64,000 nt of DNA from Tubiluchus corallicola (Eukaryota; Animalia; Priapulida). Where the stretch lies: contig JAQGDQ010000080.1 in assembly GCA_030141605.1 (NCBI GenBank), forward strand, positions 124,001 to 188,000, written 5' to 3'. The stretch's first letter is position 1, and each line of letters begins with the position of its first letter. The notes beneath the pieces were generated by a model that was not told the origin of the DNA, did not search any database, and saw nothing but the letters and a program-made list of their open reading frames with translations. A program made the translations under genes and the position numbers. Shown here piece after piece: positions 54,724 through 64,000 of the stretch.

Positions 54724-55241
54724 TTAAGGAAAGGCAAAGACACTACAAAATTCGTTTTAATAATCTGTACAGTATTGTATACAATAATACTTTTTTGGAA
54801 GGAGGAGAATTTATTAGCAGTGGCCATATATTGCAAAAGTTTGAAAGGTAACTGGCCGCATGTAGGAGCAAAAATGAATAGGTAGCGAAACTGATTACCT
54901 GCCCATGAACCTTATGTGATGAAGCGAGGCAAAATAAAAATGACATACTCAGAACTTTGAAAACGAAAAATGTGTCTGCCATTACCAAAAAAGAGGTTTT
55001 TTGCTGTACCCGAGTAATGAAATCCCTGAGTGTGGCTAAGGTTGTACCATACCCATATATTTAAGGTCAGTGAGTGTGAGCATGTTTTGTGCAGAGTATT
55101 TTCACAATGGTCAGCGCCACAGTTTTTAAGGGTTTTTTTACTAGTCACAAGTACTGTAATAACCATGTTTTTTATATTAAAAAAAGCATATCTAGACACA
55201 TTTAACACTTAGAGCACACATGCCTAAGGAAAATTGTTTGG

Positions 55242-55578
55242 TTAAGGTAAGGGCTTGCTGATAAATGATATGGATATTAGTGCAGCACACCGCATACCGT
55301 CAGAAAAAGGAGTACCGCCGATTATAGTGAAATTTACAAGAAGGTCGGTCAGGGATAACATATGTAAGCAAGGGAAAAACTGTCCAAGGCTTGGTGATAT
55401 AGGGTTTCCGTCCAACAATCGTGTGCAGATAAGGGAATGTCTCACTCCGGCCAGGAAAGCATTGTACAAAAAACAGCAAGGGTATAAATTTGTATGGACA
55501 AATCAAGGAAGAATCTTTATGAGAGCTAATGAAAAAATGGAATCCTTCCAAATTAAATGTGAAAAGGACTTAACCTAA
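55242..55578 (+). mobile_element. LINE ORF1 C-terminal fragment (CR1/L1-ORF1p-like)
   Basis: DISAAHRIP...PPIIVKF...IRECLTP.RKALY...GYKFVWT.QGRIFMR, the typical RRM/CTD pattern of CR1-group ORF1. Confidence 0.75.
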
Positions 55579-56704
55579 TTTGAACTGTTGCAGATTCTAT
55601 TATGATTACACTTATGCTTGTCTTTGACCCTAATCAAGTAAACAGGTATCTTTCTCATTTTATGTTTCTTTGCCATTTGTCAGATTGCCTGTTCACCTAA
55701 TATCTTAACTGTTTACGTGTGTACTGGTTGTGTGTGCATGCCCACGAGTGTGTGTATTATTTATAATTACAAGTTTATATTGTATAAGTGTGCAATAAAT
55801 GCAAAATGATAGCTCACATTTTTTGAATGATAACTAGAAAAAGTTATCAGTACAGTCATAATGCCTAGGCAAGTTGGTACTGTAAGTGATTACAAAACTA
55901 TGGATACCACTGAGTAATAATTACAAACAGCTTAGCGCTTGATATGGTTTAATGAAACCAGTTTCTTTGTCCCTATGTTAATTCTAACCTTGACTACATG
56001 GGTAAATGGTCCAATTAATAAGCGATTCGTAAGTGGTTGAGGACGAAATGTTGCCACGTATCAAGTATTTAATATATTAACCTGTTTACAGTAACCGATT
56101 AACAGATTACCCTGAAGTGAAAACTTTAACGTACCTGGATATAATCTGCGACATTCACAGGTATGCTGCCTTGATTGCAAAATTGAATTTTACCAATGAA
56201 TATATGAATGAAATTTTTTCTTTGCATAGGCCTATATATTTATTATCAATATAATAAATAATAGTGATCGAGCACTGTTAAAACACTAAACGAAACATAT
56301 ATTATATGTGTTGTACGTGAGTGTAATATCTTTAGTACAGAAGTGACTCCATGCTTTTTGTGTGGGCATCGCACAGAGGGCGAGACAGCTCAACGTAAAT
56401 TTATGCTTAATTCTGTATTAAATTTACCCCTTTTAGAAAGATATATATAAAAATAGTTGCTCTGTTTCAATTTGCACTTATTACCAGCAGCAAAAACTGT
56501 AATTATGACATATCCAAGGGTAATTTAGAAGGGTAATAAAACCTGTAGTGTATAGTAAATATAAAAAAGATATGTAATTGAATTCATTTGGCAGATATTT
56601 GTGATCTTATGTTTTTCTTTAATGGTCAAAATATCCGATTGTTTCGTTCTTGTAGGACATATGCTGAGCTGATATCGAGCGACTTCTAACTTGTTAAAAA
56701 GACA

Positions 56705-56743
56705 ATGGAGAAAGCAGAAGTTCCTGTGCGTGTACTTGTTAGG
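56705..56743 (+). CDS. KIF27: KIF7/27-like coding exon 1
   Basis: MEKAEVPVRVLVR|gtaggt; acceptor ttgtag| at 56655/56656. Confidence 0.8.
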
Positions 56744-59700
56744 GTAGGTAATATTATATGCAGTACTTAGAATTTCAATAAAATATAATGAGCTGTGTAA
56801 AGATTTTTAACTTGGTAAACTAAATATTCAGTGTGTGGTTACATACGTACATGTACAGATTTTAATTGTTGATTCCTATCTTACAACAAGTTTACTGTCA
56901 ACCAATTTGAACTCAGCATGTTATGCTTTGATAAATTGTGATACTTAATTAAAATGATTATGTTGACGATGATGATGATGATGATGATGATGATAATGAT
57001 GATGATGATGACGACGATAATCAAGATAATTGCTAACTCGAGCGGCATTTTTATAGGTCATTATAATCTTAATATTGTACTTGAGGAAGCCAGCGTACTG
57101 TGTTTAATTTTGATTTTGAATAATAAATAACTATTTCTGGTATGTGTTCGCATAATGTTCTGAAATCTAATGTGTTTTACAATCAGTAGCCATACTGGTC
57201 TCATTGTGGTTGTTTTCCCAAGCATTTTGTTTTAACAGGAAATGCGAAATGCTTACTCTTTATGTATTATTTCAAATATGCTGTTCAGCAAAGTGCTGTA
57301 ATTGTTTTAACCTTTATTTTTAGGTGAGACCATTACTACCGAAAGAAAAATTAGAAGACAACTTTTCATGCATGTGGGTATTACCTGGTGCAAAACAACT
57401 GGCTATAGGTCATGATCGCAGCTTTACTTTTGATCACGTTTTTGATCCTAGTGCAACACAGGTTGAATTTTACATCATACTTTATTATTTGTGAAACAAG
57501 TTTGCTCCAAGAGCTTGCTAACAATAGTATTTATTGAATATACAGCAAGCACCGTTTATTACATTCATGGTTAATAGAATCTGTCACTTAATTGATCAAA
57601 AACACCTGGTATGGGCCACTTCTATACAAATGTATATAAAAACTGGCACTGATAGATTCAAATAACTCTGCATAATTGACTCAATATTCTTGCTCACATG
57701 CTTCAATAAGACATTTTTGTGTGACTGATAAGCTTTTATGATTTTATGTTGTTTTTTTGCTTTTGTGCTCTAATATACGTAGAAACAATCATGCTAAGTA
57801 CCATTTTGTTTGTAAGCAGGAACGTTTATCATACGCTAATATGCTAGCCTATGGGTTTTGCCTTGACACGCGTGTTCACTGCAGTTAAGTTATCCAAGAA
57901 TTTCTGCAAGCTAAACTTTTAATCACTTGCCTAACGGTTTGCTTTTAAAACTCTTGCTGCCTTCAGAGAATGTTTAATCAGTTAGCTGTTGCTGTTATGC
58001 CAGGGATGACGATACACCACATTAAGCTGTTGCAAAGTTAACAATAGATTACCATGCAAACTCGAATGCTTGGGTAACAGCTGTGTTGTTTAATGAATGG
58101 TTAGTGAAACGGGATGCAAGCTTAAAGCGAAATTTCATACATCCAAGTGTTTGTGCATACAGCAACAGATTTTCTACATTTTTATCATTATGGGAACTTT
58201 GTGATGGAATGTTGCAAAAAAATGAAGCAGCCATCCTTGAACGATTTTTTTTAATTTTTGTAAATAAACAGACTTGTGTGATTTAAAAAAGTCAACTATT
58301 TTATTTTTTATTAATCCACTTTATAAACAAATATTTTTAAATAGCTGCATAGGAATTTAGGCACTACTACTATTAACAGCCTTTGCAGTGCATACTAAGC
58401 TGATGATTCTTACTTCTATACTAGTAGTACTACATCTGTTGGTTAATTCTTTCAGTCAGTTAATTGGGTTAAAACACTTCCATCCCTAAGTGAGTCTATT
58501 AAGCGGTGCCTACTGTACTTGCAGTGCAATTGCACCAATATGTCCAAACATCAGCTCAAAAGAAATTCTTTCTAATGCCAAATTTATATCTTAATGTGAC
58601 GGTAGAATAAGAACTAGTTATTCATTTATTCATGCCATCCCATGCATGTGCAATAAAAGTATAATTTGCATTTTGTAGTCCGATGTTTACGCATTGTCAG
58701 GTGTAAAATTTCTGATAGACAGCTTCTTCAGTGGTTATGATGCAACAGTGTTTGCGTATGGACAAACTGTGAGTATTATTACAGGTCTGATTTGTTATTA
58801 AAGACAGCCGTTACTCTTTTGCTCTTATCAGTTCTCGTCTTTTTTCTTTTCGGTATTTTACTGCATTATTTTTTTTAAGATTGTTCTGATGTGAAGACAT
58901 AAAATGTCGTTTTTGCATTAACTAAATTCTAATTACTGTTTCAAGGTGGATACTATAAAAGATTTATAATGGAGAGAATATTTTAATAATTTCACAAAAA
59001 ATTGTTTTACTTCTATTTTCAGGGATCTGGAAAAACATACACTATTACTGGTGATAGTCCACTATTATCAAGTGAGGAAAAGCGAGGGATAATTTCCCGC
59101 TCTGTTGAAAAAATATTTAACAAAATGCGGGTATGTGGTTGTAGAGATGCAGAGTGCACAGTAACTGTCGCCGTTTCAAACTTTTGCTCTTTTACGATAA
59201 GTAAGGTAGAATGACTGGTTTGTTTTGTATTTAGAAGAAACTTGTTTTATTACAAAAACAGATTAAAATAGGGGTCTGCAGATAAGAAATTGCTTTTTTC
59301 TTTTTTGGTGTGTTTATCTGTATTCTATCACAGGACATTGTAATAAATGCTATAAAAGTGATATAATTTAAAAAGCTCACACTTCTCTAAATTTTGACCT
59401 ACATTTACCATTTTTACCCATTGTCGTTCAGCCGTAACATCTCCGTGAACTTACAGGAAAATCCTAAAGTCAGCGTGTTTCCCGTATTTTAAAGTATCTT
59501 AACGGTTTTACTTGAAAAGTGAAACGTAAAATATTGTAACATTTTAGTATGCTAAATTTCATTCCAAGTAATGCTGTTATATTTTTGCAAATCTTTTAGT
59601 TTTTCTGCAGTTTCTTTCTGAAATTTAAAATTCCTCTCTTGTTAAGGACTCTTGTGCTAGCACAAGTGAAAATATCTATGTGTTAATATGGAATTGCTTT

Positions 59701-62372
59701 TCAGGGTATTACTAGTTGTAGTTTTTCAAATTAAAGGTCCACTGATACCCTGGTAGACACTTGCTACTCAAAATTCACTACTAACTAGTGTGATACAAAA
59801 AAGCAGATTTATTTCTTAATAAACTTGTGCATTTCGCTTTGGTTGGCATTGAGACACTTCAAATTTAGCGCGTACAGACATCTTGTGAAAAGCGAAAAAT
59901 CGGAGAAGAAAGCGGAAGTGACGTCCCGTAAGGAATGACGCTACGCATGTGTGACTCTCGCTGTATTTACGTGGGCAAAGTCAAGCAGTATGGGAATCGG
60001 TGGGTACACCGGTAATTAGAAAGACTGGGGTACTCACTAAAGGCAAATTAGTGTTAAGCTCAAATAATAGTTTTGTCCACATTTACGTGAATGCAGTATG
60101 TTTTATAGATGAAAAAATATTAGTAACGAGGTACAACGTGTAAAAGTTTTAGCGTGACATCACTGGTATTTCGTGCTGGGCTGCTTTCTTGTTCCAATTA
60201 TTTTCTCTTTTCTGAATATTTCTGCTTTATAAATGTCTCACCGCCAAGTTATCTTTTGCCTGATGTGCCGTTCAGAAAATGCTTCTGACCAAGAGTGACC
60301 GTTATTATATTTTCCAGCATATAAAATTGTAAAATAACAGTGGATTCTTAGGTATGATCGATGAGAAAAGAACTAGACTGTAAGGCAGTAATGACAGATC
60401 TTTTTCCCTTGGCGCTACCAACATATTGAGCCTATGCAGACTGGGTATACTATCTGACTTAATGTGAGGTTCAAAAGTAGAAGAAAATGGAAAACTAAGA
60501 AGAAATGCCTTTCAGACAACACTTTTAACTCATTAAAAGAGTGTCCCTACATTTTTAGACACTTGGGAAAACCTTTGTGACATTTTTTCGAATGTGCGCA
60601 TGAGGTTTCAGACAAGAAAAACTTTAAATTGTTAAGTCAAATATTCTCATAGTACAGTGTCTATGTGCATATAAGTTTTGTAGAGCACCTTTATTCTACT
60701 GGTAGCTGCCCAGACTTTATTTTTCAACATTATTTGTCTAGCAGGATAGATGGGTGATTCTATTTGTGGCAAAAGGAAAGTATGTTCTATCCTCACTATG
60801 GCCGTGTTTTGTGCAATTTTTACGTTAAGGTAACATATAGAAAATCAGGAGAAATATTTCAAATGTGGAGAAAGGGAGATTACCATTACAGTATGGATTT
60901 TCCATTAAATTGATAGGGCTGAAATGTCTTACTGCTAACCTAGACCCTATTGTTCATACAGCCTACACACTGTTTAAATAATAGTACAGTAACATCATAG
61001 TGCTCTGTATACTGTGTTTGTTACTATAAATTTGCTGTTCCTTGCAGATTTGTAAATTGAAGACTGATTCTGTTAGGTTTATTTGCTATAAATATATAAA
61101 TAGTATTGTAAGAAATGCTTTTATTAATAGATAAATCATTACTCAGCAATAACTGCTTTGTTCACAGTGCTCTGCATGCTGGGGTTGATGGTTGTCTACC
61201 GTACAGCGGCTGTTATATGCCTCTTCCTTACATGACGTCACCTCACTGAGTGTCATGGCGGGCGATAATATGTGTTACAGTACCAACAGTGTTTAATTTA
61301 AGTTATCATATCGCATAAAAGTGTGCATCAGAACTGTTTTAAAAATAGGAAATATGTATTTCCGCCTACGCTATAAAAAAAATAACATAATAAGGTGTCA
61401 TAGGACCTTTAAAAATTGTAATTGGTTGTTTTTTATTTTGCTTCAGATACCTGTAAAAGCTTTAGGATAAGTGTTAGAAAGTAGGGCTGCTCGGTTTACC
61501 TGCACAATTTATGTTGTTTTTCAAATGCTTGTGATTGCAGTGTAGTTGAGTTTTTTACTTGCAGTTTTAAGTGCTGTACACTTACATTATAGCAAGCAGT
61601 GGCTAAGATTGAAGTGTTTCTTTTGATTAAATATCATTTGCTTGTAGGAGTTTCCAAATAGGCAATTTAAAGTTAAAGTATCCAATGTAGAAATTTACAA
61701 AGAAGAAGTGAATGACCTCTTGGATATGGAAACAAGCTATAGAAAACTAAATGTCAGAGAGGATGAAGCTGGAAACACCTGTAATTACCTAATTTTTTAG
61801 AAATAAAATCTGTTTGTTTGCTGTATGTACACCTGTGGTTAAGAAGTGTCTAGTGGTAAATTTAAATTTTTTGTGTCAAATATATCTAGATTACCTCAGT
61901 CAACGAATGTTTAAATTGTTTGGTATACGTGTAACTTGTTTAAAGTTAGTTCATTTCTTACTTTTTAACATGGCTTTGGATTTATTACTTGCAATTTAAA
62001 TGTATCCAAAAATTTTTATTTCGATCAGATAATTTCGTTATGCTCACTTTTTTATTTTTCTTAGTTCAAATTATGATCTGTGCATTTCTGCATCAACAGT
62101 AACATTTAAGTTCAAGTTTTTGTTACTACCTTTTTGTGCACTGAAATTAAAAAGATTATAGATTAACAAATGCATGTGGTGTTGCACATTAGAATATTAA
62201 TTATAATTTTTATTTGTTTGTGTAGTTGTTGTAGGCGCTAAAGTTGTTGCGTGCTCACAAATTGAAGATGTCATCGACTGTCTTATAACTGGCGCTACTG
62301 TCCGGCACACAGGTAGCACCTTAATGAATGATTATTCAAGCCGGTCGCATTCAGTCTTTACAGTTACTGTTG
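56705..62372 (+). CDS. KIF27: Kinesin-4 family motor, KIF7/KIF27-like; 5' part only (6 coding exons seen, gene incomplete in this window)
   Basis: Exons 56705-56743, 57324-57461, 58679-58768, 59023-59130, 61648-61780 and 62226-62372 splice in frame. They encode VPVRVLVRVRPLLPKE, IGHDRSFTFDHVF, the P-loop ATVFAYGQTGSGKTYT, EIYKEEVNDLL, NVREDEAGNT and switch I MNDYSSRSH. The YKEE, REDExGNT and RHTGST strings are typical of KIF7/KIF27; I cannot separate the two vertebrate paralogues. Confidence 0.88.
56964..57020 (+). repeat. (GAT)n microsatellite in kinesin intron 1
   Basis: Read directly from the sequence. Confidence 0.95.
57324..57461 (+). CDS. KIF27: KIF7/27-like coding exon 2
   Basis: ttttag|VRPLLPKEKLEDNFSCMWVLPGAKQLAIGHDRSFTFDHVFDPSATQ|gttgaa. 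Confidence 0.9.
57543..58515. mobile_element. Tc1/mariner-type MITE in kinesin intron 2
   Basis: TA|CAGCAAGCACCGTTTATT ... GTGAGTCTATTAAGCGGTGCCTACTG|TA; same family as 49579-50237. Confidence 0.78.
58679..58768 (+). CDS. KIF27: KIF7/27-like coding exon 3
   Basis: ttgtag|SDVYALSGVKFLIDSFFSGYDATVFAYGQT|gtgagt. Confidence 0.9.
59023..59130 (+). CDS. KIF27: KIF7/27-like coding exon 4
   Basis: tttcag|GSGKTYTITGDSPLLSSEEKRGIISRSVEKIFNKMR|gtatgt. Confidence 0.92.
59735..61408. mobile_element. Kolobok-like (TTAA-specific) non-autonomous element in kinesin intron 4
   Basis: TTAA|AGGTCCACTGATACC ... GGTGTCATAGGACCT|TTAA: imperfect TIRs, AGG/CCT termini and TTAA on both sides. Confidence 0.7.
61648..61780 (+). 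CDS. KIF27: KIF7/27-like coding exon 5
   Basis: ttgtag|EFPNRQFKVKVSNVEIYKEEVNDLLDMETSYRKLNVREDEAGNT(F)|gtaatt. Confidence 0.9.
62226..62372 (+). CDS. KIF27: KIF7/27-like coding exon 6 (switch I)
   Basis: gtgtag|(F)VVGAKVVACSQIEDVIDCLITGATVRHTGSTLMNDYSSRSHSVFTVTV|gtaagt. Confidence 0.92.
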
Positions 62373-62810
62373 GTAAGTTTTTTAAGTTCTGCAAGTTCGA
62401 ATTACGGTTTTAAGGAATCTATATTCCATAAGTGCAATATTAGAAAAAGTTAGTGGCTGGCAAGGTTATTTTATGCAAACATGGTCATCCTCCCAAAAGA
62501 TAATAACAAGCCACTTAGTATCCCTAGAACAGAACATCAGTATGAATCAATGTATGATAACTAATGAAATATTAATAATTTCTGTATGATAACCACCTGT
62601 GAGTGGTAACTACGTAGGAAAATTCTTTAAGCACTTTTGTACACGCGTACAAAACTGGACACCTACTAGATAGATTTTTAACAAATGTTGTCAGAATTCA
62701 CAATCACTGTTAAAAGGTAATTTTGGAAATAGCGTGTAACAGATATAACATTTGTAACAGTTTAACTAAAAGTAATCTATAAGTGCACTAACTAAACTGC
62801 ATTTTGAAAG

Positions 62811-62848
62811 AAAAGTCATGCAAGATTCAAAGAAATGGTGATGATAAA
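62811..62848 (+). CDS. Possible small kinesin exon 7 (loop before switch II)
   Basis: Branch-like ctaac and ttttgaaag acceptor, phase-compatible (E)KSCKIQRNGDDK, donor gtaatt. No conserved motif supports it. Confidence 0.3.
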
Positions 62849-63732
62849 GTAATTTTAATTCAAAAGGCATCTGCTGAAAGTGATTGTTGTGGTTAATTTT
62901 TTATGTTTTTGACGATTATTATTTGGACAAATTAGGATAAAACAAAATTAAATTAAACATGTAAAACTCGAAATTGCAATATAGTTAAGTATGATAGTAT
63001 AAAGCTGTTACCATTTTCCCGACCTTGTGCGAATAATAGAAATTAAAGTAACAATTAAAGACACGTATGTTTTCAAATAACAATAAAAATTTTTCAAAGT
63101 TCCACCTTACTAGTGTATAAAATATAAATTTTGATTGCAGTCAGCAAAAACTTCATTATCATCAGGGTTATATCCTTCAAAAATTTTACTATCTATGATG
63201 CATTTATGGTTTATACATGCTCTCAGTTTGTAGAGGTCAGTGCATTTTGTTCCAACTGCTAAAGTTGTGCAACATAATTCCTTGCATACTGCAAAACACT
63301 TTTAAGACATTATCTCCATAACACTTTCACCCTATGCATCACAATAATTAGATTTTTTATTTCTGCATCTTGAACATAAATACTATTTACTACTGGTGGA
63401 GTCTCTTCCATTCACAGTTGTCAAAGGCGTTTCTGTGAATTCTTTTCTTATGCAGGATTGGACAGTGAGGGATTTTGGGGTTTCTTGGATTAACTTCTAT
63501 AACAAAATCTGTAATAGTGGCCCTGACCAGCTACAGGGTCTCAAATGCTGCTGCAATTGCAAAGATTCAATTTACAGATTCTACATTATAATTATCTTTT
63601 CTATCACAGCTACAAAATAATCTCTTACTTTTATTCTACAATTGCTGTACTATTCTACTTCAAGAAGTCGTCTTATATTATACTGAAAGTGGACAGACAA
63701 AAAACTGCACGAGAATGAGATTGAGTAATGTA

Positions 63733-64000
63733 CAGGGTGTGCCAGAAGTCTGGAGTTATATTATTATTCTACGACATTCTACGAATATACAGAGCTTTTA
63801 GGAGCGTCAGAATTAGTGTCTAAATGCTTGAGTGATGATATTAGATTAACATAATTACCTATAGGACCATTTAGTGTTCATCCAAGCTTGGCACTAATGC
63901 ATATGCATGTGACACCTGTCTTTACCAATTTTTGCAGCAACAAGAATTAGAAATATTTTGTATAGCTTTCAAGTCATGAACAAAATAGCCAGAAAAATAT
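63733..64000. mobile_element. Probable left end of a Tc1/mariner element
   Basis: TA|CAGGGTGTGCCAGAAGTC is a typical terminus; the partner end is not in the window. Confidence 0.4.

Noticed and set aside
1-64000. Functional tRNA, rRNA, snRNA or conserved miRNA genes
   Set aside because: None recognised by eye; the only tRNA-like sequence is the degenerate SINE head. An Rfam/tRNAscan run would be needed to exclude them.

Overview
AT-rich genomic DNA from a eukaryote (most likely an invertebrate animal): GT-AG introns, short exons and many decayed transposable elements. I could reconstruct two protein-coding genes by hand. (1) An acid sphingomyelinase (SMPD1/ASM-like, with saposin-B and metallophosphoesterase domains) on the minus strand has 9 coding exons at 35780-43924, giving 594 aa in an uninterrupted frame. 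(2) The 5' part of a kinesin-4 of the KIF7/KIF27 type lies on the plus strand, with at least 6 coding exons from 56705, and is incomplete at the window end. The two genes are head-to-head, separated by about 12.7 kb packed with TE remnants: LINE RT and ORF1 pieces, two Gypsy-like relics, Tc1/Tigger-, hAT- and Kolobok-like non-autonomous elements. Positions 1-35 kb hold no gene I can recognise, only MITE-like foldbacks, a tRNA-derived SINE, minisatellites and one candidate small ORF with a 12-bp periodic His-rich repeat. I found no convincing new biological system, so the findings are modest leads. All alignments were done by eye.
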